A stretch of 38,561 nucleotides of DNA, taken from the IMG/VR virus record IMGVR_UViG_2703718787_000016; one strand, 5' to 3'. This document shows positions 25,757-34,934 of the stretch, one piece after another. A model generated the notes under the pieces. The model was given only the letters and a program-made list of their open reading frames with translations. It had not been told where the DNA came from and ran no database searches. This stretch comes from a virus. Lineage: Duplodnaviria > Heunggongvirae > Uroviricota > Caudoviricetes. Made by a program: the position numbers and the translations under genes. Each line of letters starts with the position of its first letter. Positions within the stretch are counted from its first letter, which is position 1.

Positions 25757-26639
25757 CCTGTCTCAGTTACCACGTCCGCAGATCATTGAATCACTGGATT
25801 ATGAGAGCATACTGAAAGACGTGAAGGCCTTTATGATTGATGCCTTCCCTGAAAACATGCGCAGTGCCGTCAGCGCAGCCATTGCGCTGGAATCAGAGCC
25901 ACTCAACATCATTGCTCAGGCCATCGCCTTTCGCGAAATGCTGCTCCGTCAGCGGATCAACGATGCAGCGGCGGGGTGCATGCTCAGCCATGCCGTATCC
26001 ACAGACCTGGATAATCTCGCCGCTATCGTGAATGCGAAACGCCTTGAACTGAAACCTGCTACTGATACAGAAGCTGCCATCATGGAGAGCGACAGCGCGT
26101 TCCGTCTGCGGGCACAATCCGGATTTGAAGGTTTCAGCGTCGCAGGCCCCTCTGCTGCATATGAATATTTTGCCCGCAGTGCCAGCGGTCTTGTTGCCGA
26201 TGCACGGGCAACCAGTCCGTCACCTGCGACGGTCATTGTCTCCATTCTCTCAACGGAAGGAGACGGCACAGCGTCACCGGAATTAATCGCGACCGTCAGC
26301 CGGGCTCTCAATGATGAAACTGTGCGCCCCCTGGCCGACAGACTCACGGTACAGAGTGCGACCATCGTCAGTTACGATATTGAGGCCGTACTCTATTTTT
26401 ATCCTGGCCCGGAATCTGAACCCATTCTTGCCGCCGCCAGAGATGCACTTGACACATGGCTGAAGACTCAGAATGCCATAGGGCGTGATGTGGCCCGCTC
26501 TGCCATTATGGCAACGCTACACGTACCGGGCGTTCAGCGAGTCGAGCTGAAGAAACCAGCGCAGAATGTGGTGATCAGTAACACCCAGTCAGCCCGCTGC
26601 ACATCCCGGAACATCTCTGCAGGTGGCACCGATGAATAA
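25743..26639 (+). CDS. J: Baseplate protein, P2 gpJ-like
   Basis: 298 aa (P2 J is about 300 aa) in the conserved V-W-J-I order. Confidence 0.9.
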   Translation: MPTIDLSQLPRPQIIESLDYESILKDVKAFMIDAFPENMRSAVSAAIALESEPLNIIAQAIAFREMLLRQRINDAAAGCMLSHAVSTDLDNLAAIVNAKRLELKPATDTEAAIMESDSAFRLRAQSGFEGFSVAGPSAAYEYFARSASGLVADARATSPSPATVIVSILSTEGDGTASPELIATVSRALNDETVRPLADRLTVQSATIVSYDIEAVLYFYPGPESEPILAAARDALDTWLKTQNAIGRDVARSAIMATLHVPGVQRVELKKPAQNVVISNTQSARCTSRNISAGGTDE

Positions 26640-27255
26640 CCGACTGCTGCCGCCATCATCGCCCTCCTTCCTGCATCATTCGGAACAGGGCGCTCAGCGC
26701 CTGTCAGAGCTGCCGATCCATATCAACACCCTCTGGAACCCCGACACCTGCCCAGCCCATCTGCTGCCATGGCTTGCCTGGGCGCTTTCCGTTGACCGCT
26801 GGGATGAAACATGGAGTGAAGAGGCACGTCGTCAGATCATCCGTGACTCGTGGCATATTCACCGCCACAAAGGCACCATCAGCGCCATGCGTCGGGCTGT
26901 GGAGCCCTTCGGCGCGATACTGAGTATTACAGAATGGTGGGAGAACAACGATCCGCCGGGGTCATTCAGGCTGGATATTGACATATCGGAGCGCGGACTG
27001 ACAGAGGAAACCCGGCAGGAGATGGAGCGAATGATTACCACCGTTCGCCCGGTAAGCCGACACCTTGCCGCCATGAAAATGACCTACGTTGCACGGGGTG
27101 TATCCCGCATAACCGGGGCCACGCTGACCGGGGAAACCATCGTGGTATATCCGGCAGCAGAACTGACAAGCCCGCTGTCAGTCAGTGGTGACATCCACCC
27201 GGGCGGAGTCACCTATGAAGGCATCACAGTAACCATCAGACCGGACAAGGAGTAA
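26632..27255 (+). CDS. I: Baseplate protein, P2 gpI-like
   Basis: ATG at 26632 overlapping the J stop; between J and the tail fiber gene. Confidence 0.85.
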   Translation: MNNRLLPPSSPSFLHHSEQGAQRLSELPIHINTLWNPDTCPAHLLPWLAWALSVDRWDETWSEEARRQIIRDSWHIHRHKGTISAMRRAVEPFGAILSITEWWENNDPPGSFRLDIDISERGLTEETRQEMERMITTVRPVSRHLAAMKMTYVARGVSRITGATLTGETIVVYPAAELTSPLSVSGDIHPGGVTYEGITVTIRPDKE

Positions 27256-28595
27256 TGATGGCCGCAAAATACAAAACCATTATCACAAATGCCGGCACAG
27301 CAGCCCTCGCAGCTGCGGTGTTACCGGATGGAGAAAAGATCACGCTGACACATATCGCCGTCGGAGACGGTAACGGTAAACCCACAGAACCACTGGCCAC
27401 GCAAACCGCTCTCGTTAAAGAGGTCTGGCGGGGCGAGGTCAGCAGGGTCAGCCGTGACGCGGAAAACACCAGTTTTTTAACCGCCGAAGTGATCATTCCT
27501 GCGAATGAAGGAGGATTCTGGATCCGCGAAATCGGTCTGTTTGACAGCAAAGGCACACTCATCGCCGTGGGTAATGTTGCGGAAGGTTACAAACCGCAGC
27601 TTGATGAGGGCTCAGGCAGAGAACAGGTATTCCGCATGGTGATTCTGCTGAGCAACGAAGCCTCTGTAAATCTGACAGCCGACTCATCAACCACCATGGC
27701 AACACAGGCTGGCGTGGCAGAAATGATAAAGCAGCATGAACAAAACGGTAAACACCCGGATGCCACAACCACCAGTAAAGGATTTACTCAGCTCAGTAGT
27801 GAAACCGACAGTGATGATGAAACCCGGGCAGCCACACCCAAAGCAATAAAAGCACTTAAGGCGCTGACAGTAACAAGACCAACAGCCCCCCTCGCCGTGG
27901 ATCTGAATACACTGGGGAGACCTGAACATCATGGTGACTACTATCAGCCCAACAACAACGGCGCCACTACAGCACATCACTACCCGGTAACATCAGCCGG
28001 ATCATTATCCATCAGGATGGGCGCATGGGGATTCTGCCAGCAGGAATACACCGCCTGGAATCCACCACGAAAATTTATCCGGACAGTGACAGGTAACTTC
28101 ACCGGCAACGGGCCATGGTCTGAATGGAAGGAGGTTGCCATACTCCCCCTCACGCAGACCGGCGACGCCTCCCTGACAGAGCGAGGTATTGTTCAGCTAA
28201 GCAGCGCAACGGACAGTGACAGTGAAGTGCTGGCTGCCACACCAAAAGCTGTGAAGACGGCCATGACGGCAGCAGAAAACGCCGGGCAGAAAGCACGGCA
28301 AGCACTGGAGGCTGCACAGGCAAAAACACAGCGGACACTCTGGGATGTGGGCAGCTTTATTCTGGCGGCAACGGATGCCGAAGGGGAGTGGCCAGCCAAA
28401 ATTGATATAACGGCCGGAAACACCCGCCCGGGCAGTAAACTCAGACTGATAAGCCTGACTCATTCCGAAGGCAACTTCGGCCCCCGTGAATCCATGCAAA
28501 ACTGGAACACAAACCGCAGGCCACCGGGCACGTGGCGGGCCTGCGCTGACATTTATGCAGGCGCAGGAATCGGAATATTTGAGCGCATTGCCTGA
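27255..28595 (+). CDS. H: Tail fiber protein, P2 gpH-like (conserved N-terminus, divergent C-terminus)
   Basis: 446 aa with a conserved N-terminal region (MMAAKYKTIITNAGTAALAAA..., IREIGLFD) and an internal repeat (FTQLSSETDSDDETRAATPKAIKA / VQLSSATDSDSEVLAATPKAVKTA). Confidence 0.85.
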   Translation: MMAAKYKTIITNAGTAALAAAVLPDGEKITLTHIAVGDGNGKPTEPLATQTALVKEVWRGEVSRVSRDAENTSFLTAEVIIPANEGGFWIREIGLFDSKGTLIAVGNVAEGYKPQLDEGSGREQVFRMVILLSNEASVNLTADSSTTMATQAGVAEMIKQHEQNGKHPDATTTSKGFTQLSSETDSDDETRAATPKAIKALKALTVTRPTAPLAVDLNTLGRPEHHGDYYQPNNNGATTAHHYPVTSAGSLSIRMGAWGFCQQEYTAWNPPRKFIRTVTGNFTGNGPWSEWKEVAILPLTQTGDASLTERGIVQLSSATDSDSEVLAATPKAVKTAMTAAENAGQKARQALEAAQAKTQRTLWDVGSFILAATDAEGEWPAKIDITAGNTRPGSKLRLISLTHSEGNFGPRESMQNWNTNRRPPGTWRACADIYAGAGIGIFERIA

Positions 28596-28606
28596 CGGAG
28601 AGACTC

Positions 28607-29194
28607 ATGCACACAATCAAATCAGCAAGAAATGCCGCTTATAACCGTGACGGCACTATCGACTGTGAGATCCAGTTTGAAGGGGAGGAGAGCTGGCTGC
28701 CCTATACGGCAACCGAATATGACAACTCGCCACACGGCAAAAAACTCTGGGGCGAACTGAAAGCAGGAAATCACGGCCCTGTATCTGAATACCAGGAAAA
28801 CGACACTGACAGGGAAAACGCCAGACGCCTGAAAAACGACGAAATCAACGCCTGGCGTAATGCGATGGAAGCGGCGAGTTACACCTTTGAACATAACGGC
28901 AGGAAATGGGACTACGGGAAGTCAACGCAGGCCCGCCTTGAGCCTTCCGTTGCTGCCGCAAAAGCGGGGATCCTGCCGCTGGATTTTTTCTGGACTGATG
29001 CACAGAACAACGATGTTCCTGTTTCTGCTGATGAGCTGATTGCCCTCAGCGATGCAGCCGCAAAAGCCCTGTTTGCCAAAGGGATGGAAATTCACATTCG
29101 CCAGCGTAACATGAAAAAAGAGATCGCCGCCCTGAACGATACGGCGGCGATTCTGGACTATAAGGTTGGCTGGGGAAAAGAAGCCGAAGCCTGA
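28607..29194 (+). CDS. Putative tail fiber assembly chaperone (gpG position)
   Basis: Immediately downstream of the tail fiber gene on the same strand; the sequence does not obviously match P2 gpG, so the call rests on position. Confidence 0.5.
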   Translation: MHTIKSARNAAYNRDGTIDCEIQFEGEESWLPYTATEYDNSPHGKKLWGELKAGNHGPVSEYQENDTDRENARRLKNDEINAWRNAMEAASYTFEHNGRKWDYGKSTQARLEPSVAAAKAGILPLDFFWTDAQNNDVPVSADELIALSDAAAKALFAKGMEIHIRQRNMKKEIAALNDTAAILDYKVGWGKEAEA

Positions 29195-29204
29195 ACAGTG
29201 ACCT

Positions 29205-29696
29205 TCACAACATGAGACCAGACAGCGCAGAGGACGCCGACGACAGGGCCGACGACGCGCTGTTTTTTAATCCTGCCATCAGATCACCCACCGAGCCCGA
29301 CTGAAGACGCTCACGCAGATCTTCATTGCATCGCTGAAAGCTGACAGTGAACTCAATTTTGCGGGCCATGCCATAGCGATCCAGCTCCTGACGGGTGGTC
29401 CTGATTTCCGTAATGACATACATCCCGTAAATCTGTCCGACACCATCAATCAGTGGCCAGGGTAATCCTGTGTAGGCCAGGGTGTTCAGGGCAGTCAGTG
29501 ACACCTCCCCGCCGGTGATTTCCGGACAGAGCACACCGGACATCGTGATGTGATCTTCACCAGAGCCAATATACTGCCAGGAGGATGAACGGTTAACCCG
29601 TTCATTACTGACGTGTCGCCAGCGTTTACTCTGTTCCACCTGCTGATGCGGCAGGGTACTTAACTGAAACACAAACATCCCATAAATCATCATCAT
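29205..29696 (-). CDS. U: Tail protein, P2 gpU-like
   Basis: N-terminus MMMIYGMFVFQLSTLPHQQVEQSKRWRHVSNERVN...LCPEITGG...LPWPLIDG closely parallels P2 gpU; start taken at the MMM ATG (29696). Confidence 0.88.
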   Translation of the reverse strand: MMMIYGMFVFQLSTLPHQQVEQSKRWRHVSNERVNRSSSWQYIGSGEDHITMSGVLCPEITGGEVSLTALNTLAYTGLPWPLIDGVGQIYGMYVITEIRTTRQELDRYGMARKIEFTVSFQRCNEDLRERLQSGSVGDLMAGLKNSASSALSSASSALSGLML

Positions 29697-29706
29697 CTTT
29701 TTCACC

Positions 29707-32499
29707 TCAGTCGCGATCGCGGAAGCTGCCGGTTCCGGCACGTGCCATTCTGTTCATTTCCGCCCTGACAGCGTCACCAACCATGCGCGCCAGTTCCCGG
29801 GGATTATGCGAACTCACCCCGTGAAGATGCACATGTATCTCCCCCTGAAAGGCGCTGGCGAAGGTTTCCTGCTGGTGCATTCGTGGCGCCGGGCGTGCCG
29901 TCGGCCATTGCTGCACCTGAATCTCCTCCTGTGGCAGCGCGCGCATTCCGCCGGAAGACGGCGCAACGACAGGTTCATGCCACTGCCCCCGGACCGCCAG
30001 CGCCCGTGGAAGATGTTTAAACACAATATCTCCGGGTCCGATACGTTTACGGTTTTCAGCCAGCAGACCACCGGTATTCCCCTCAATGCCTTTCAGGTGA
30101 CGGAGAACGTTACGGTTACCGTCCGGCGCTATCCCCGCAGGGAGCGCCACCGGCGGAGGCTGTGTACCGGAGGCGCCGGAAGGCACACTGGCCCCACCAG
30201 GAGGCGACCAGTGCCACGCCTTCTGAACCATTTTTTTCTGTTCCGGATCCCACTCCCATGCCACCGGCGTTTTACGGGCCTCATCCAGTTTTCGCTTAAC
30301 CCGCTCAGCTTCACCGGGCAGAACACCGAGTTTTTCCAGCACCCACGCCAGACCGTCAATCAGAGCTTTCAGGGGCGAAAAAACCGTGGCTAACGCACCG
30401 GCCAGAGTGCTCCCGAACGTCTGCCCGGCAGAGGTGCACTGCTCAAGCAAATCACGCGTGGAGGAGACTGGCGTTAACAGGGATTTAAACCATCCCAGAA
30501 TACGGGACAGTGCCCCTGAAACCAGATCCAGCAGCGGCGCAAAACGGGAGGCTGTCGCCATGAAGGGCGCCAGTGCTGACTGTACCCCTTCAATAAATCC
30601 GCTCACAAACGCCCTGACCCGATCCCAGTAGCGCCAGATCAGCAGAGCACCACCGACCAGGGCTCCCACCGCCACCACAACCGGCCAGGTCAGCGCCCCC
30701 AGCGCAGCCCCCACGGCTGAAATCACACCCGTCAGTCCGCCAAACAGCGTACCGGCAACAGAGAGTCCGGCCGGGATCGCGCGAAGCAGGGCAAGCCCCA
30801 GACGCAGTTTCAGTAACGGTGCGACAACCATCCAGGCCGCAACGGACAACGCCCCCATCGCTGTGGTTAACGCCAGCACCGCTCCCGTCGTCAGCGCAAT
30901 CATTCGCACCAGTTCCGGATGCGCATTCACCCACGCCTGCAGACGCTCACCCCACGCTGTGGCCATCCGGACAAGCCCACGCAGATCGTCCGTAATCTCC
31001 CCGATAATCCCACTTCTCAGCGCGCTGAACGTCCCGGTAAGCCGCGCCACATCACCACTCAGATTGTCACGCAGGGTTTGCCCCATCCGGTCCGCCACAC
31101 CAGACACGTCAGCCATACGGTCAGACACCCGCGCCAGCGCGCCAAGAAAGGCAGGGATTTGATCGACAGACAGATCTTCAACCGGTGTACCAAAAAGTGC
31201 GATGGCCGCATTGGCCCGCTCAGCCGGATCGACGATCTGCAACAGACCCGAGGCTGTTTTCTGCAGCGCAGCCCGTGCAGCCGTTCCACCACTGGCTACA
31301 GCCGATGACATCCTGGCTGCATCCAGCCCGATAAGCGCATACGCTTCAGCACTCGCCTTTGACATATCGGAGCCGCGAATACTGAACTCCTTGATGGCAT
31401 CGCCGGTTTTATCCAGCGCAAACTTCCCCTGCTGCGCCATATCCGCAAGGAGCGTCATGGTTTCCGACCCTGTCAGCCCCATGTTACGAAAATGGGTCGA
31501 ATACTCGTGAAGGATCTCAGGCAGCTCATCGCGCATAACCGGCCCCATGCGCTGCATGCCCGCCACCATCAGATCAACCGCCTCGTCACTGCTGCGTGCA
31601 AGACCGTTTTTGATCATGATGGCAGCCGCCTGAATGTGCTGCGGGATATCGCCCCCCATCACGGCCTGCATATCCAGCATTTTTCGGGTGATTCGGGTCA
31701 GTTCATTCTCACTAACCGCCCCCAGCCCACCCAGAGTGGAGCGGACAGCACCCACAGCTTCAGCCGCCAGTTGTGCATCCGGTGTGATACCGGTATGAAC
31801 CATGTGGTTTATAACCCCGGTATACCCCACGGCATCTGACGCGCCCTCTCCTGCCTGAGCCGCAATGACGGCACCATGACGCTGGAGATCCATCACCGGC
31901 GCAACAGCACGCCCGCCAGCGTAAAGTCCTGCTGCACCGGCAGCCAGTGCCGCCGCACCGGCATTACGTATCCGCCCGAGTCGCTCCTGCGCCTGTTCAT
32001 AGCGTTGCTGTGCACGGGTCACCTGTGCGAGCGCCTGCCGCTGTCGCGCCAGCTCTTCGTTATACTCTGCCGTCCGGCGAATGGCTGCCTGTATGGTCTG
32101 ACTGCTGCCCTCTGCGGCAATACCGTGTCTCTCCAGCTCCCGGCGTGAATCCTCCAGGCGTCGCTGATGTACATCCCTCACCCGGTTCAGACGTTCAAGC
32201 CGGGTGGTCAGCGAAGCCATCATTTCACGCTGCCGTTCACTGAGCACGGTACCCTCACGCTCCGCCTGCTGCAGACGGTTCAGTTGCTGCTGAACAGCGG
32301 CAATTTTCCGGGTGGCTTCGTCAAATTTAGTCTGTGCCGCAGCAAAGGCTTCACTCTGCCGTTCAAGCGAGCGGATGGAGTCCTGAGTTTCACGGAGGGA
32401 ATCAGAAAGCGCGCCCACGGTTTCGCGGGCGCGCCTGAGAGGTTGTGTCAGGGTGTCTGCCGCCGCCAGAGCAACCCTGATATGCAGATTATTCATCAT
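29707..32499 (-). CDS. T: Tail tape measure protein, P2 gpT-like
   Basis: About 930 aa, coiled-coil N-terminal region, central Gly/Ala-rich hydrophobic repeats, located between E and U. Start at the ATG ATG pair at 32499..32494; the listed ORF begins at an upstream GTG. Confidence 0.9.
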   Translation of the reverse strand: MMNNLHIRVALAAADTLTQPLRRARETVGALSDSLRETQDSIRSLERQSEAFAAAQTKFDEATRKIAAVQQQLNRLQQAEREGTVLSERQREMMASLTTRLERLNRVRDVHQRRLEDSRRELERHGIAAEGSSQTIQAAIRRTAEYNEELARQRQALAQVTRAQQRYEQAQERLGRIRNAGAAALAAGAAGLYAGGRAVAPVMDLQRHGAVIAAQAGEGASDAVGYTGVINHMVHTGITPDAQLAAEAVGAVRSTLGGLGAVSENELTRITRKMLDMQAVMGGDIPQHIQAAAIMIKNGLARSSDEAVDLMVAGMQRMGPVMRDELPEILHEYSTHFRNMGLTGSETMTLLADMAQQGKFALDKTGDAIKEFSIRGSDMSKASAEAYALIGLDAARMSSAVASGGTAARAALQKTASGLLQIVDPAERANAAIALFGTPVEDLSVDQIPAFLGALARVSDRMADVSGVADRMGQTLRDNLSGDVARLTGTFSALRSGIIGEITDDLRGLVRMATAWGERLQAWVNAHPELVRMIALTTGAVLALTTAMGALSVAAWMVVAPLLKLRLGLALLRAIPAGLSVAGTLFGGLTGVISAVGAALGALTWPVVVAVGALVGGALLIWRYWDRVRAFVSGFIEGVQSALAPFMATASRFAPLLDLVSGALSRILGWFKSLLTPVSSTRDLLEQCTSAGQTFGSTLAGALATVFSPLKALIDGLAWVLEKLGVLPGEAERVKRKLDEARKTPVAWEWDPEQKKMVQKAWHWSPPGGASVPSGASGTQPPPVALPAGIAPDGNRNVLRHLKGIEGNTGGLLAENRKRIGPGDIVFKHLPRALAVRGQWHEPVVAPSSGGMRALPQEEIQVQQWPTARPAPRMHQQETFASAFQGEIHVHLHGVSSHNPRELARMVGDAVRAEMNRMARAGTGSFRDRD

Positions 32500-33036
32500 G
32501 ATTGTGACTTCCGCTTCTGGCAGCCGCCCGCTCACGCCAGGCGACCACCTCTGCAGGCGTCATTGCAAATATCTCTGCGGGCGGCCAGTTAAAAATAACA
32601 GCAATATCCGCAACGGGATCTTCAATACAGTCAAAGCAAAGACAGGTTACGGCTCTGCCGTGTTCTCCGGTGCCGGTGCATTCGACCCCGAGGGTGCGAA
32701 AAAATTAACCGCCGCCGAGCTCAGCGCCGTAAAATCCGCCGTATTCATGGCATACATTTCGGCCTCCTTAAGTTTTGGCTCTGTCACACGCGCAAGCCAG
32801 GTGACCATGGCATCACAGTTCATGTTGTAAAGCGCAAGCAAAGACAGCCCACGCAGCGATCCGGCCTGATTCGCCAGCGGTCCGATTTTAATTTCACTGT
32901 ACGACACATCTCCGCGCACAACAGGCACCGTCAGCTTCACCACGTTCTTAGGTGCAGCCGTAGCGGCAACCGCCACCGCGGAAGCCTCCCCGTTACTGAC
33001 GGCAGTGTCAGTGGTCATTTCCGTTTCTTTATCCAT
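32489..33036 (-). CDS. Predicted E+E' programmed -1 frameshift product
   Basis: A -1 slip at the heptamer (minus-strand TTTTTTC, plus coordinates 32698..32704) opens a 68-codon extension (FFRTLGVEC...AEVVAWRERAAARSGSHNHDE) that stops at 32491..32489, overlapping the T start codons. This is the P2 E/E' architecture. Confidence 0.5.
32647..33036 (-). CDS. E: Tail assembly chaperone, P2 gpE-like
   Basis: 129 aa between the tube gene and the tape measure gene; ends just downstream of a T-TTT-TTC slippery heptamer. Confidence 0.8.
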   Translation of the reverse strand: MDKETEMTTDTAVSNGEASAVAVAATAAPKNVVKLTVPVVRGDVSYSEIKIGPLANQAGSLRGLSLLALYNMNCDAMVTWLARVTEPKLKEAEMYAMNTADFTALSSAAVNFFAPSGSNAPAPENTAEP

Positions 33037-33083
33037 TTTCAGTCTCCACGGCTGGATCCCCGCCGTTCTCTGTTAAACAATAA

Positions 33084-33593
33084 TCAGAAGCCCAGCATCG
33101 AGCGGGTGCGATCCGGCAGCACATCCTTACCGTCAATGCGCCAGATAAAATTCAGCACATCAAATTCGATTTTTTCCCGATCATCCACGCTCAGTCTGTA
33201 CCAGGTGTTTTTCATCGAATAACTGTGCTCAGTGTCTTCACCCTGCTTCGCCTCCCCCATATCGATTTCAGTGATGCGCCCGCGGACCTCAATATCCACA
33301 TATCTGATATCCGCATCCGAATAGTACTCACCGGAAAAGCGAAGACGGACTTCATCAAGTGACCCGGCATAACGGGAGAAAAGGTGGGCATCTGCGCCGC
33401 CTACCGCAAAAGAGAGATCCAGTGCACCATCATCAAGACCAAAGTCGACGGAAACACTGCCGGGCATCCCGGCACCACGGAAGGACTCCGTTTTTCGGGT
33501 CAGTTTAGGCGGCGTGAAGGACGTCACCCGCCCCAGCTTGTTTTCGCCATCGATGTACACCGTGAAAACGCGAAGTTTGTTTGGTACCGCCAT
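33084..33593 (-). CDS. FII: Tail tube protein, P2 gpFII-like
   Basis: 169 aa immediately downstream of the sheath gene on the same strand, size close to P2 FII. Confidence 0.9.
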   Translation of the reverse strand: MAVPNKLRVFTVYIDGENKLGRVTSFTPPKLTRKTESFRGAGMPGSVSVDFGLDDGALDLSFAVGGADAHLFSRYAGSLDEVRLRFSGEYYSDADIRYVDIEVRGRITEIDMGEAKQGEDTEHSYSMKNTWYRLSVDDREKIEFDVLNFIWRIDGKDVLPDRTRSMLGF

Positions 33594-34780
33594 TACTCAC
33601 CTCCCAGTGATGCAAATGCACCGTCAAAGAACTCATCAGTAAACGTCTGGTGAAGCTCCAGATCTTCAAGCGGTGGTACCGGCGTATATCTGTAGCGGAT
33701 CCGCACAATCCCCTGACGCAGATCCGTTGTGCCGTTATCCACCACGTCATACCAGCACTCTGCCCCGATAAGTTTACCCGCTGTCACAAGGGCACTCAGT
33801 TTTGCCCGGATATCGCTTAACACATCCTTCACGTTCGACGGCGTCAGCGGCTTGTCCACGGTTTCAAACTGCGATTCGGCGATGGTATCCGCCAGCGACT
33901 GCGCCGTACGCGTGTAGGTCTCAAAGGTGTAGGTAGTGGTGTCGAGAGTCCGGTTACCCCAGAAACGGAAGCCGTTACGTTTAATGAGTGTGGTGATCTC
34001 CTTGTCATTGAGGGTTTCCGCGTCACTGTCCTCTGCCTGGAGCGACCAGAACACCGGCACAGAAATACCCAGGACATTATTCACTGCCACATTGGACAGG
34101 GATTTATGCCAGCCCTGCTCGTGGTCAATCTTCGCACGCAACCCGCACGCATACGCAGATGCAGGAAAAGCCTCATTCTGGCCACTGTTAGGGTTGTACG
34201 CGATAAAATCAGGCCAGATCAGCATAACTTCACGGTGAGCAAGATCGGCGCGCCAGGTGACAGCCTCCTGCACGGTATTACAGCCGGGACAGCCCGCATA
34301 CACAAAGGCACGCAGCTTTTTCGCGACGGTTACCAGTGCCGCCACCACCTCTTTGGTGTCAAGCGATGGCACAGCCAGGATCCTGGGACGAACACCAACA
34401 GCCTCATTCTGTTCAGCCACCAGGAGCGCCTGCATGCCTGTATAGGTTCCGTCATTTTTGACCTCACCAATAACAAGCTGCGTTTGTGTCGGCTGACCAT
34501 CCCCCTCCTTCGCAGCAGCAACCCGCACCACAACAACTCTGGTGCTGACCTGATCGGCAATAGCTTTCAGACTTTTGTACAGCGTGCCGGTTTTCCCGGC
34601 CTTACCCAGCACATCCATAACGCGCGTCAGGAGCACCGGCTTATCCAGCGGAAATGTTTTTGCATCAGCATCATCAGCAACAGCCACGATACCAATCACA
34701 CTGGAGTCAATATCATTAATGGCCGTGACCAGATCCGCATTCTCCCGGACCCGCACGCCATGGAAACGGGTTTCAGCCAT
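33593..34780 (-). CDS. FI: Tail sheath protein, P2 gpFI-like
   Basis: Strong similarity to P2 FI (DADAKTFPLDKPVL, KLRAFVYAG, LMLIWPDF, LRAKIDHEQGWHKSLSNV, TLIKRNGFRFWGNRT, YRYTPVPPLEDL). Start at ATG 34780 with an AGGGTG Shine-Dalgarno motif. Confidence 0.92.
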   Translation of the reverse strand: MAETRFHGVRVRENADLVTAINDIDSSVIGIVAVADDADAKTFPLDKPVLLTRVMDVLGKAGKTGTLYKSLKAIADQVSTRVVVVRVAAAKEGDGQPTQTQLVIGEVKNDGTYTGMQALLVAEQNEAVGVRPRILAVPSLDTKEVVAALVTVAKKLRAFVYAGCPGCNTVQEAVTWRADLAHREVMLIWPDFIAYNPNSGQNEAFPASAYACGLRAKIDHEQGWHKSLSNVAVNNVLGISVPVFWSLQAEDSDAETLNDKEITTLIKRNGFRFWGNRTLDTTTYTFETYTRTAQSLADTIAESQFETVDKPLTPSNVKDVLSDIRAKLSALVTAGKLIGAECWYDVVDNGTTDLRQGIVRIRYRYTPVPPLEDLELHQTFTDEFFDGAFASLGGE

Positions 34781-34934
34781 ATTATTCACCCTGCATTCGT
34801 GTGAGTTCAGCAGAGATCTTTACGAACACGGGGAGCTTTTTCACGAACTGCGGTTTCTCGCAATACACATACAACCCAAACTCATTCCGGTGGTGTTTCT
34901 GGTATGCAACTGTGGCGGGAAAAACGGAGGAATT

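Noticed and set aside
29806-32592. Numerous plus-strand ORFs (about 60 to 195 aa) across the tape measure gene
   Set aside because: Shadow ORFs in GC-rich repetitive coding sequence of the minus-strand tape measure gene.
34106-34804. 232-aa plus-strand ORF antisense to the tail sheath gene, and the 494-aa extension of the D frame starting at 34575
   Set aside because: Both overlap the well-supported FI gene; the D frame is only credible from the ATG at 34935, which has a GGAGG ribosome-binding site.
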